This document shows, piece after piece, positions 1 to 8,803 of a stretch of DNA of 64,000 nucleotides. Position 1 is the stretch's first letter. Each line of letters opens with the position of its first letter. This DNA is from Candidatus Enterousia sp. GTDB taxonomy: Bacteria; Pseudomonadota; Alphaproteobacteria; Rs-D84. The notes under the pieces are model-generated. The model had not been told where the DNA came from. It did no database searches and saw only the letters and a list, made by a program, of their open reading frames with translations. Position numbers and translations under genes: made by a program. The DNA is taken from contig JAZLBQ010000007.1 in assembly GCA_045613785.1 (NCBI GenBank), positions 78,547 through 142,546 of the forward strand, given 5' to 3'.

Positions 1-273
1 GGCCAACTGGCTTAGATAATCAACACCACCAACAGATTCCAAAACGCCTTGTTGGTCCAGATAGTTTTTTGCAGTAATGATATCGAACGGGATACCGGCG
101 GCAAACTGCCGATTTGCCAACTTAAAAATTTCTTGGTGTGCGGGGTGGGTAAAGTGTTCCGCCCGCAGGAATTCACCCACACGTTCCAACGCACGATTGT
201 CCATCAGCACAGCGGCCAACACGGCCTGTTCTGCTTCCAAGTTTTCAGGCAATTTTTTGGGGGTAAAATCCAT
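1..273 (-). CDS. dnaB: Replicative DNA helicase DnaB, N-terminal part (runs off the window edge; not in the ORF track)
   Basis: Manual translation from ATG at 273: MDFTPKKLPENLEAEQAVLAAVLMDN...EHFTHPAHQEIF...LESVGGVDYLSQLA, the typical DnaB N-terminal signature. Confidence 0.95.
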   Translation of the reverse strand, partial: MDFTPKKLPENLEAEQAVLAAVLMDNRALERVGEFLRAEHFTHPAHQEIFKLANRQFAAGIPFDIITAKNYLDQQGVLESVGGVDYLSQLA

Positions 274-292
274 GACACAATCCTTTTCTTCT

Positions 293-586
293 ATGCCCAT
301 AGTATATGAAAAAAACGCTTTTTCAACGCCTTTTTTATCGGGATATAAAACCTTGAAAATTCCGATAGTTAGTCCTGAGGGCGAACCTGCATGGCCTGAA
401 TTGTTTCCACTTTCCAGGATTCATCAATTACAAGAAACAGTTGGACATCGCCACTTTTCGTCTCAGATGATGCTGGAATTTGTTCCGCCAAATCGCATTC
501 GCCTAGATCCTGGAAGTTTGCATTTTTACGACAGCGAATTTGACCGTCGGTCGGCAAATCAGTCTTGGAACATTTGCGTCAGATAA
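293..586 (+). pseudogene. Fragment of a phage/GTA terminase large subunit (start of the nuclease-domain region), 3'-truncated
   Basis: LKIPIV..GEPAWPELFPLSRIHQLQETVGHRHFSSQMMLE resembles the terminase WPExF...F.SQ.ML motif; similarity ends at about 555. Confidence 0.6.
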
Positions 587-711
587 CAATTGAACGTCCA
601 ATTGGTTCAAACGCCACTGATAATGAATTACGCTGGTTTGCTGCTCAGTCAGCACTGGTCCGTCACATAGAATCTCTTGTTTCCCAGGGCAGGGGGTGTT
701 CAAATGTTTAA
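553..711 (+). pseudogene. C-terminal half of a Bbp19-like podophage protein with no start codon
   Basis: Manual translation GKSVLEHLRQITIERPIGSNATDNELRWFAAQSALVRHIESLVSQGRG; different frame from the terminase fragment and abutting it. Confidence 0.6.
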
Positions 712-940
712 CCTGGAATTTTTACGCAACAGTTGGTTTTTGATTGCATTTATTGGTGGGCTGATTTATTGGGCAGCTCGCCAAGATTTATCTGTTGCGG
801 AACACGAACACTTTGACAGTCGTATAACCTCGCTGGAAAATCGCACGACGATACTGGAAACTGGTATTGGTCAGATTCAGATAAAAATAGACGACATCAA
901 AGAAGATTTAAATTTAATAAAAAGTGCCGTTATAAAGTAA
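704..940 (+). CDS. Small single-TM plus coiled-coil protein (holin/XhlA-like, phage-derived)
   Basis: G-rich RBS before ATG 704; one hydrophobic helix then a heptad-like tail; phage gene context. Confidence 0.55.
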   Translation: MFNLEFLRNSWFLIAFIGGLIYWAARQDLSVAEHEHFDSRITSLENRTTILETGIGQIQIKIDDIKEDLNLIKSAVIK

Positions 941-971
941 AGCACGGCCAAAACTATAAAGGAAAAGAATT

Positions 972-1484
972 ATGGCACGCAGCATCAGATTCCGCCGTGG
1001 AACGGCAGTTCAGCATGAAACATTTACCGGTGCCCAGGGGGAAATCACAGTTGACACGACAAACAACACCCTACGGGTTCACGATGGTTTAACGCTTGGT
1101 GGCACCATCTTGGCGAAACGCAGTGAAATTCCAGATTTTTCTGGGGTTGACTACGTTATTGCCTGGCAAAACCCCAGCCCAGAAAACAATTACACCTGGT
1201 ATCGGAAATATAAATCTGGTTGGGTTGAACAGGGGGGCAGTGATTTTACCCCCAGAACCATAAATGCAGGCACGGGAACAGCCTGGTATGTCCCAATGCC
1301 GGTCCCGATGAGTGATACAAAATACAACATTCAAATATCATTTGACAACGGGAACTTGGTCCCTGCTGTGAATAATAACAATCTGACAACCACAACCCAG
1401 GTTTATTTGGGCTGTAAAAACCAGGGCAGTGCAAATGTCACCAGCCAGGTTCAATATTGGTATGTCTGCGGAATATCTGCATAA
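972..1484 (+). CDS. Tail-fibre-like protein: Mtd-N/hyaluronidase-N-like domain plus gp53-like C-terminal domain
   Basis: N-term IRFRRGT..H.TFTGAQGEITVDT..TLRVHDG..GG; C-term WYRKYKSGWVEQGG...YWYVCG. Confidence 0.75.
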   Translation: MARSIRFRRGTAVQHETFTGAQGEITVDTTNNTLRVHDGLTLGGTILAKRSEIPDFSGVDYVIAWQNPSPENNYTWYRKYKSGWVEQGGSDFTPRTINAGTGTAWYVPMPVPMSDTKYNIQISFDNGNLVPAVNNNNLTTTTQVYLGCKNQGSANVTSQVQYWYVCGISA

Positions 1485-1489
1485 CAAAC

Positions 1490-1511
1490 AAAACCGGGGA
1501 AACCCGGTTTT
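1490..1511. terminator. Bidirectional intrinsic terminator
   Basis: aaaaccggg-gaaa-cccggtttt inverted repeat between convergent genes. Confidence 0.75.
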
Positions 1512-3096
1512 ACTTTAATTTTATACCTGTCCATTCCGTAACATTTTTAATTTGTTCGTCATTTTTGCTTTCTGCGACGTTTGTTGCGGCTAATGTCATC
1601 TCGTTAGTCAAACGCAATTCACGTGCAGGATTTACATAAACACACTTGAAATCAGACGGCACAACATTTATCAACGTCTGGTTTTTAACAGCCATTGCCC
1701 AGAACCAAACATCGTCCGCCAACGGTGCCAACTTTTGAAACATTGGCTGATTTAAGACGTCTTTATCCAATACGTGTGGCGGATACAAAACACCGCCAAC
1801 CCCGGTCAAGAAGTTCAGATAAGACGGTGTTTTATTTTTCGTCTGATGTTCCCACTTGTTATACGGGCGCAAATTCCCACGTTTATCAAACAATATTTTA
1901 TGCGCACGCAGGCAATGAATCTGATTTGGTGTTTTCAGGTATGCATTGTATAATTTTTCAACCAACCAATCAGGATAATAAATATCGTCATCAACGGTTA
2001 TTATTATATCATTTGGAAATTCCTTTAATGACGGCACCAGTTTTGTATAAGACCGAATATCATCACACCATTTGATTGTTAAACCCTTGTCCAGAAACTG
2101 CAATACAGATTCCGGTAAATCTGCTTCTTTGTTTGGGAATTTATCCGCACCCAACCACAAAACAATCATATCGGGTTTTAATGTCTGGGTCAGCAAAGAA
2201 TACAATGTAAAATGAATATCAGACATCCGTTGTGGAAATGACGTCAACGACATAATAATCCGTGGATTGCGTCCTGAATTTTTATCAATGCCAACATCGT
2301 TAAAATTTTTAATCTGTTCGTCAATCGCATTGCGGTCAATGTGCGGAATTGAATCAATCTGTGATTGCCGCCAATTTGCCAACGTCCATGGATTAGAACG
2401 GTCCCACGTAATTCCACGTTTTACAATTTGTCCCGGGTTGCCGGCAATAACAACATTTGTTTCCACATAGTTCCGATAGCAAACAGCCCCACCTGAAACG
2501 ATTGAATTATCGTGAATGTTTGCACGCTTGGTTATTCTGACGCCTTCGCCCACCCAAACATGATTACCAATAACAACAGGACCAGTTGGTGTATTCAAAA
2601 TTTCCAATGTTTTCACATCCAGCACCGAATGACCATCCGATGCCCATATGTTAATCGAATTTGAAAACATACAATCGTTTCCAATTATGCAACCACTGCG
2701 TTCTGGCAGTTTTATTGTTGTTCCATAAAATGTTGAACCTCGTCCAATTTTACAAATCTGTCCATCACCACAACGAATGTCGATATTTACATTATAAAAC
2801 TTTGGCGAAGAACCGATTTCAACCAACGCATTATCATTTTCAATCGTGATTGCTGAATTTGTTGCCACGATTGGCAATTCCAGTTTAACTGTATTGTTAT
2901 TACCACGGATTTTGATTTTCAAACCGTTTATGGTTTCGTTTTTACGCATTGGCCGTTCAACACCATTTTCAACAATGATAATCCGGTTGTTTTGACCAAC
3001 GTTTTTCTGTGTCTTGCGATAACTGATAATCTTAACCCCTAACAAATAAATATGTCGGCGGCCATTTGGGTATCTGACTTTTTTGAAAATCTTCAT
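1510..3096 (-). CDS. Fusion of a hexapeptide-repeat O-acyltransferase and a GT-A-like glycosyltransferase
   Basis: IGNDCMFS, IGNHVWVGEGV, IAGNPG (LbH); SLTSFPQR, SYTKLVP, ITVDDDIYYP, TGVGGVLYPP, DDVWFW (GT). Confidence 0.85.
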   Translation of the reverse strand: MKIFKKVRYPNGRRHIYLLGVKIISYRKTQKNVGQNNRIIIVENGVERPMRKNETINGLKIKIRGNNNTVKLELPIVATNSAITIENDNALVEIGSSPKFYNVNIDIRCGDGQICKIGRGSTFYGTTIKLPERSGCIIGNDCMFSNSINIWASDGHSVLDVKTLEILNTPTGPVVIGNHVWVGEGVRITKRANIHDNSIVSGGAVCYRNYVETNVVIAGNPGQIVKRGITWDRSNPWTLANWRQSQIDSIPHIDRNAIDEQIKNFNDVGIDKNSGRNPRIIMSLTSFPQRMSDIHFTLYSLLTQTLKPDMIVLWLGADKFPNKEADLPESVLQFLDKGLTIKWCDDIRSYTKLVPSLKEFPNDIIITVDDDIYYPDWLVEKLYNAYLKTPNQIHCLRAHKILFDKRGNLRPYNKWEHQTKNKTPSYLNFLTGVGGVLYPPHVLDKDVLNQPMFQKLAPLADDVWFWAMAVKNQTLINVVPSDFKCVYVNPARELRLTNEMTLAATNVAESKNDEQIKNVTEWTGIKLK

Positions 3097-3110
3097 TTTG
3101 TATCCTTTGT

Positions 3111-3893
3111 TTATGCAATATTGCTCGGTTCTCCATATTGTTTAATATATTGTTCATATTTTTCTTTATATGCAGCTTCTTCTGGTCTAAAACTGTGCCA
3201 CGAACCAACCCAATACACATTTTTGCGTTTTACTTGTGCAGGATTGCCTGCAATCATTACATTATTGCCCGGCATTTCCTTTGTAACGACGGCTTTTGTT
3301 GCAACTATACAGTCGTTACCAATTTTTGCTTTTTTAAGAATTGTTGCCCCTGCACCAATCCATACGTGGTCGCCAATGATTAAATCGTGTGGGGTGTCAA
3401 CATATTCGTGTGTTTCTGAATCAAAAACCAAATGTGGAATTTCGCCCAGTCTGAACAAAATATCCTTGGACATCAGACAGCGTTTACCAACGTGCAGTTT
3501 GCAATGATGTTGTTCAACCAAGATTTCTATAGCTACTATACATGCCCCTTCATCAATAAATATTTCAGAATTACTTATTTCTATATGGTTTCCAATATTG
3601 ATGTGAACTGACTGGATTTCGCTTGATGGCATAATATGGATTTTATTATTGTTTCCACGGATATGAATATTCAGTTTTCCTCCACGCACAGATTTTCCAA
3701 CAGTTATTTTATTATTATTTCCATAAATTGCGACACGGGCACGAATGGTTTCGTTATCAATATCGATTTGATTGTTTACTCCGGCATTAAGGATAATATT
3801 TTTTTGCTTTTTGCGATAAGAAAAAACCTTTATTCCTAAAAAGTAGATATGTCTGCGACCATTTTTGAAACGCACTTTTTTGAAAATTTTCAT
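3111..3893 (-). CDS. Hexapeptide-repeat (LbH) acyltransferase
   Basis: IIGDHVWIGAGATILKKAKIGNDCIVA...IAGNPA. Confidence 0.85.
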   Translation of the reverse strand: MKIFKKVRFKNGRRHIYFLGIKVFSYRKKQKNIILNAGVNNQIDIDNETIRARVAIYGNNNKITVGKSVRGGKLNIHIRGNNNKIHIMPSSEIQSVHINIGNHIEISNSEIFIDEGACIVAIEILVEQHHCKLHVGKRCLMSKDILFRLGEIPHLVFDSETHEYVDTPHDLIIGDHVWIGAGATILKKAKIGNDCIVATKAVVTKEMPGNNVMIAGNPAQVKRKNVYWVGSWHSFRPEEAAYKEKYEQYIKQYGEPSNIA

Positions 3894-3932
3894 TTTTTCT
3901 TCCTTTGCTTTACATGCTTACGCATAAAGCGT

Positions 3933-4694
3933 TCATGATTTTTGTGTCGGGATAAAGTGTGAAAATATTCGTTCCAACCAAAATTGTAGTTTCTTTCCTG
4001 TGGACACTTTATCCTGGTTATGTGCAGTGATATATTTAAATTCCAGGTCACCATTCGCCCTGTGTTCGCCAGGTGTTGGATACAGTGGCACAGTTTCAAT
4101 TCCAAATTTCCACGCACAATAGTTGTATGATAATTGGTCTCTCTTTGAATGTTTTTCAACAAAATACCACCACAGTTCCAATAAATGCTTTATTTTGTTA
4201 TGCTGTCTGAACATAACATTTGTTTCTGCCAGTCCCTTATTTGATGGATAACCATCACGTTGTAGAATTCGCATTTGCGTGTCAACGACATTGTCGATAT
4301 CAATTTTGAGCTTTTTTATTATTTCTGCTTCGTCAAAGATACAGTTGCGTTGTGGATGCAATGGGATACTTATTAAAACATCATCTGCAATCAGTTTATT
4401 GACCTTGCTGAAAATATTAGAATTATTCACAGAAATATTCCCGTCCAGCCACAAACTATATTCATATTCAGGAAACAGTATGTGTGCATTTATTTTGTGC
4501 CAGCGTGCATTTTTGACATTTGTTGATTTGTTATATGCCAACGGTCTGACATCCCAGTGTTCGTATTTTCCACGTTCAATCAGATCTTGATTGTCTGTAA
4601 ACAATACATAGTCCCAATTTGGATTTACATATTTATGTACCGGCACATTATCGTAACCGCCAGTAATACAAGTATAGCAAACTTTCTTGCCCAT
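3933..4694 (-). CDS. DUF616 / TOD1-MUCI70-like glycosyltransferase
   Basis: YTCITGGYD, FTDN, SLWLDGN, HPQRNCIFDEA, KRDQLSYNY motifs. Confidence 0.85.
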   Translation of the reverse strand: MGKKVCYTCITGGYDNVPVHKYVNPNWDYVLFTDNQDLIERGKYEHWDVRPLAYNKSTNVKNARWHKINAHILFPEYEYSLWLDGNISVNNSNIFSKVNKLIADDVLISIPLHPQRNCIFDEAEIIKKLKIDIDNVVDTQMRILQRDGYPSNKGLAETNVMFRQHNKIKHLLELWWYFVEKHSKRDQLSYNYCAWKFGIETVPLYPTPGEHRANGDLEFKYITAHNQDKVSTGKKLQFWLERIFSHFIPTQKS

Positions 4695-4703
4695 CTCTCA
4701 CAC

Positions 4704-5642
4704 CTATTTTGCGTGTTTTATGCGGTGAATAAATCCAACCGGCAGAAAACCAAAAAGTTCAACCCGATATTTTAATTCTGCTGCACCGCCAAATGTATCT
4801 GTCATACGGTATATTTTTATAATCTGTAATCCCAGGATACGCAATTGAAATATCGGCTTATATAATAATTTTTTTTCTGGTATCTTTGGCATACGTCCCA
4901 ACCAATTTTGCAAGATTGGAAATAGTTTTTCGTCTTCGATATGTTGCAACAAGAACGCTTTGTTCAACACTTTTTGTGCAATAGACTTCTTTACAAATGG
5001 ACAACCTAAACGCAGTATCATCAACGGTTCGTGATACATTAAATGGTATGTTTCGTCCAAATATTTTTCTGTATCTAAGTATGCTGAAAATTTATAGCCA
5101 CGTCGAACCGCCCGATTTGTTAATTGAAATTCATATTTTGCACAAATAACAGATTTTCCTGCTTCTTTTTTTACACTGCAAATAAAATCGTTAAAAAATT
5201 CCGCTGTTGCAACGTGTTGACTTAACCCCACAAACCACGATTGCAGATGTTCACAAATATTTTTTTCACGGTATGAAATCAACCCTGTTAAATCAACCCC
5301 ACGTGATTCCAGGTCTTCTACAATGGGCTTCAAATCAAACAGTGGTCCCAACACAGAATCATTGACCAGATAAACCCAATCATATTTTTCTAGTAATTTA
5401 TTATCACGGGCCCAGATATACGCACGCTTATACGAACCAAAATCATATTCGCCGTGACGCACCGCATTTGCGTATAAAACATTTGGTATTTGCCTTACCT
5501 TTTCAATTTCGACATCGGTCGCATCATTGTCCATAACAAAGACAATATCCCCCAATCCTGACAAATGATTTAAATAATACAACAAACTATCATCGATAAT
5601 TGCATCTTTGTCATAACCTGCAAACAAAAATAAGCGTTTCAT
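4704..5642 (-). CDS. Rhamnan synthesis protein F (RgpF)-like glycosyltransferase
   Basis: LFAGYD, YDFGSYKR, LVNDSVLGP, HLQSWF, PFVKK motifs. Confidence 0.8.
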   Translation of the reverse strand: MKRLFLFAGYDKDAIIDDSLLYYLNHLSGLGDIVFVMDNDATDVEIEKVRQIPNVLYANAVRHGEYDFGSYKRAYIWARDNKLLEKYDWVYLVNDSVLGPLFDLKPIVEDLESRGVDLTGLISYREKNICEHLQSWFVGLSQHVATAEFFNDFICSVKKEAGKSVICAKYEFQLTNRAVRRGYKFSAYLDTEKYLDETYHLMYHEPLMILRLGCPFVKKSIAQKVLNKAFLLQHIEDEKLFPILQNWLGRMPKIPEKKLLYKPIFQLRILGLQIIKIYRMTDTFGGAAELKYRVELFGFLPVGFIHRIKHAK

Positions 5643-5755
5643 ACAATGCTCCTCATAACTATAAAAACAAAAACATCATAAGAACAAAAGCCAATGATGT
5701 CAAGGTTGCTGTTTTTTGTTTTTATCCCTTCAGGTTTTGTGATATAATACTGGGT

Positions 5756-6718
5756 ATGAGAAAAAGAAACGGACTTATTTTTACACTATTATCAATGTTG
5801 GTGGCGACACCTGCATTTTCTGATTGGCAGTATCCTGGAACCTATGTCGGTGATGGGTGGTATTCTGATGATGGAACACGGTTTGTTATATCTGCCCGTG
5901 GCGGTGCGTCATTTGGTATGGGTGGCGTGAAAAATGGGCTGGGGGCGGCATCAGTTGGTTACTATGTATTGCCTGATTCTGACCAGATTATTCCATGGGG
6001 GCAATGTGCCATAACAAACAGTTGTGATGACTTGACCTTTGCGGGTTATGCCGAAATGGGGCAGTTGCCAGCAGCCAAAGATTTTGATAGCTTTGCATTT
6101 GCGGCTGGTGCCAGTATTGGTTGGACAATTCCAAATCGTCCTCAGTGGCGTATTGAGGCGGGCTGGGATCATATTGCAGAAAGTGAATATAATTCATCGC
6201 CAATGTTTAAGGGTGAATTGGATTTAATTGGTGGCACACTGGGCAGGACATATATCGAAAGTTTATCTGTAAATTCTGAGGTTTCAACCGATGTTATCAG
6301 CGTAATGGCTTTTTACGATTTTTTTGACGGTCTGCAAAAGCCCTCACGTCAGGTTATCCCATACATTGGTTTTGGTATTGGCTATGCCGACACGACGGCA
6401 ATATTAAACCTGTATGACCCATATGGTGATATTTCTGCACAACAAGAATTTTCTCAATATGGCGAACCTGATGACTATGGTCTAACACAGTTTTATCGTT
6501 CTGAATATACAACTCCGAATGTTGCAGGTTTGTTATCATTGGGCTTGTCGTATGGAATAAATGAAACAATGTTCTTGGATTTTGGTGTTCGTGGGATATA
6601 TTTGCCACGTGTAAAGTGGGAATTAGTCAACACAGAGCAAGACCGTCATCGTGAAGTATTCAGTGTTGATAACCTGATATATATAAATGCGATGATAGGA
6701 TTGCGATTTGAATTTTAA
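5756..6718 (+). CDS. Outer-membrane beta-barrel protein (opacity/OmpA-like porin)
   Basis: Signal peptide from ATG 5756; amphipathic strands (IPYIGFGIGY); C-terminal IGLRFEF BAM signal. Confidence 0.8.
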   Translation: MRKRNGLIFTLLSMLVATPAFSDWQYPGTYVGDGWYSDDGTRFVISARGGASFGMGGVKNGLGAASVGYYVLPDSDQIIPWGQCAITNSCDDLTFAGYAEMGQLPAAKDFDSFAFAAGASIGWTIPNRPQWRIEAGWDHIAESEYNSSPMFKGELDLIGGTLGRTYIESLSVNSEVSTDVISVMAFYDFFDGLQKPSRQVIPYIGFGIGYADTTAILNLYDPYGDISAQQEFSQYGEPDDYGLTQFYRSEYTTPNVAGLLSLGLSYGINETMFLDFGVRGIYLPRVKWELVNTEQDRHREVFSVDNLIYINAMIGLRFEF

Positions 6719-6743
6719 TCTCCGCCCCTTTGGGCGGATTTTT
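6718..6743 (+). terminator. Intrinsic terminator
   Basis: tccgccc-cttt-gggcgga followed by a T run. Confidence 0.7.
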
Positions 6744-6823
6744 ATTTAGTGAATTTAATTTCATGGCAATTTTCCAAGATAAGATTAGGAAAAATAAAAA
6801 CCTGCGATTGCAGGTTTAAATTA

Positions 6824-6901
6824 TGGGGCGGATAACCGGACTCGAACCGGCGACATTTGGTACCACAAACCAACGCTCTAACCAACTGAGCTATATCCGC
6901 C
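6824..6901 (-). tRNA. tRNA-His(GTG) with encoded G-1, C73 and CCA
   Basis: Reverse complement GGCGGATATAGCTCAGTTGG...TTGTGGT...GGTTCGAGTCCGGTTATCCGCCCCA folds into a cloverleaf. Confidence 0.95.
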
Positions 6902-6929
6902 ATACTTTGGGTCAAAAGACCTATTTTTT

Positions 6930-7004
6930 TGGTGGAGCTGATCGGACTCGAACCGACGAGATGCGTGTTGCATGCCATCAAGTGTCCAACCCGTTCGCAA
7001 CCCT
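6930..7004 (-). pseudogene. Degenerate tandem copy of tRNA-Ala
   Basis: 3' 30 nt identical to the neighbouring tRNA-Ala; anticodon region nearly retained; D-arm and variable loop divergent. Confidence 0.75.
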
Positions 7005-7011
7005 TTTGTTT

Positions 7012-7087
7012 TGGTGGAGCTGATCGGACTCGAACCGACGACCCCTTGCATGCCATGCAAGTGCTCTACCAACTGAGCTACAACCCC
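7012..7087 (-). tRNA. tRNA-Ala(GGC)
   Basis: GGGGTTGTAGCTCAGTTGG...ATGGCAT...GGTTCGAGTCCGATCAGCTCCACCA; G3:U70 pair. Confidence 0.96.
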
Positions 7088-7437
7088 AATGCCGTCTTAT
7101 TTTATATGTCTTGATGACAAAAGTCAAATCAAATTGCGACAAAATCGGAAAATATTTTCGTGTCAGCAAAAATCCTTAAACTTTTGGGGCTTTTATTTGC
7201 TTGCAATAATGGTGCCTGTTTTTCCTGCCATTCGCACAGGCACCCCAGCGAACCAACAACCTGGACAATGAGGTCAAAAACCAGGCGGCAGAGGACTTTA
7301 CACTATAAATAAGACTTTGTTCCGGCTTGTCAAGGGGTAGGCAGTGCTTTTTTTACAAAGATTCTTAAATTCATATTTATTCTTGCCAAATGTCAAATCA
7401 ATTTGCTAATCTCTGATATGTCTTTAAGGAGTATTAT

Positions 7438-7998
7438 ATGGATTATCAAATATTAAAGGCCGAAGTTGAACAAAAAACGGCACAAACAATCGAAGTATTA
7501 AAAAATGAATATGCGGGGTTACGCACGGGGCGTGCATCTGTTCATTTGTTGGACGCTATTCGTGTTCCTGTTTATGGTTCTGAAATGCCAATCAACCAGG
7601 TTGCAACAGTTTCGACACCTGACAATCAGACATTGTCTGTAACTGTTTGGGACATTACAAATGCACCTGCAGTTGAAAAGGCGATTCGTGATTCTGGCTT
7701 GGGTTTGAATCCGATGACTGCTGGCGGTGTTATTCGTCTGAACATGCCACCATTGACCGAAGAACGTCGTCGTGAATTGACCAAGGTTGCTGGCAAATAT
7801 GCCGAAGAAGCCAAGATTTCGATGCGTAATATCCGTCAGGACGCAATGAGTAAAATCAAACGTGCCGTCACAGACAAGGAAATATCCGAAGACGATCAGC
7901 GTAAATACGAAGATGATATTCAAAAGGTATTTGACAAGCGTGGCACCGAAGTTGATGCATTGGCTCGTGAAAAAGAATCCGACATTATGTCTGTCTAA
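7438..7998 (+). CDS. frr: Ribosome recycling factor
   Basis: LRTGRAS, VYGSEMPINQVA, GLGLNP, PPLTEERR. Confidence 0.97.
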   Translation: MDYQILKAEVEQKTAQTIEVLKNEYAGLRTGRASVHLLDAIRVPVYGSEMPINQVATVSTPDNQTLSVTVWDITNAPAVEKAIRDSGLGLNPMTAGGVIRLNMPPLTEERRRELTKVAGKYAEEAKISMRNIRQDAMSKIKRAVTDKEISEDDQRKYEDDIQKVFDKRGTEVDALAREKESDIMSV

Positions 7999-8022
7999 TA
8001 ATACAAAGAATCTGGAAAGAAT

Positions 8023-8802
8023 ATGTTTAGATTACTTAAAAAGAAAACTGCGACTGTTGCACCTGTTTCTGCTGATGCACCCGTGCCACAGCATATCGCA
8101 TTTATATGCGATGGCAATCGTCGCTGGGCGGAAATGCGTGGTTTGCCACCGCTAATGGGGCACCAGGCAGGCATTGCAAATTTTGAAAACTTGGTTGATT
8201 GGTTTTTTGCGCGTGGTGTATCAACGATAACTTTTTTCTGTTTTTCAACGGAAAATTGGAATCGTTCTCAGGACGAAGTTGATTTCTTGATGGATTTATT
8301 CCGCACAGAATTGAACAAGAATATGGAACACGCCCTGGAAAAGAATATTCGCTGTCGTGTTATTGGTTCTCGTGATCGCTTGCCTGCTGATTTGGCACGT
8401 CAGTGCGATGAACTAGAAGAACGCACAGCTGAAAACACAGGTGGCACGGTTGCTTTTGCGATAAACTATGGCGGTCAACAAGAAATAGTTGATGCAGTAA
8501 ATGCTGCGATTGCATCTGGTCAGCCTGTAACAATGGAAACATTTGAAACCTATCTGGATACGGGGGATCTGTTGCCAATTGATTTGATGGTTCGCACCAG
8601 CAATGAAAACCGTATTTCTAACTTCTTGTTATGGAAATTGGCGTATGCAGAATTGTTGTTTGTTCCAGAACATTGGCCAGATATGGTCAAAGACGAAAAC
8701 AAATGGCAATATGTTTTGAATGAATTTGCTAAACGTAATCGTCGCTTTGGTGGTGGTAAAAAGGCAGATTATTGTGGTAAAAATCAAGGTAAAGGGAAAT
8801 AA
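8023..8802 (+). CDS. uppS: Undecaprenyl diphosphate synthase
   Basis: PQHIAFICDGNRRWA, FSTENWNRS, RTSNENRISNFLLW, RRFG; synteny with frr. Confidence 0.95.
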   Translation: MFRLLKKKTATVAPVSADAPVPQHIAFICDGNRRWAEMRGLPPLMGHQAGIANFENLVDWFFARGVSTITFFCFSTENWNRSQDEVDFLMDLFRTELNKNMEHALEKNIRCRVIGSRDRLPADLARQCDELEERTAENTGGTVAFAINYGGQQEIVDAVNAAIASGQPVTMETFETYLDTGDLLPIDLMVRTSNENRISNFLLWKLAYAELLFVPEHWPDMVKDENKWQYVLNEFAKRNRRFGGGKKADYCGKNQGKGK

Positions 8803-8803
8803 T

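Noticed and set aside
972-1484. Diversity-generating retroelement target (Mtd-like, Asn-rich end)
   Set aside because: No reverse transcriptase or template repeat seen in the window; similarity is to the Mtd N-domain only
6824-6901. tRNA-His G-1/C73 as an anomaly
   Set aside because: This is the canonical bacterial state; it only argues against the alphaproteobacterial clades known to lack G-1
6930-7004. tmRNA tRNA-like domain
   Set aside because: 3' end identical to the adjacent tRNA-Ala, anticodon remnant present, no room for a tag reading frame
6742-7169. Short ORFs over the tRNA cluster and other antisense ORFs such as 49-309 and 18008-18781
   Set aside because: Shadows of tRNAs or of longer genes on the opposite strand
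7211-7300. HDV-like/theta ribozyme (GCGAAUGG on the minus strand)
   Set aside because: Could not build P1/P1.1 and the would-be L3 loop is too long; lies upstream rather than downstream of the tRNA
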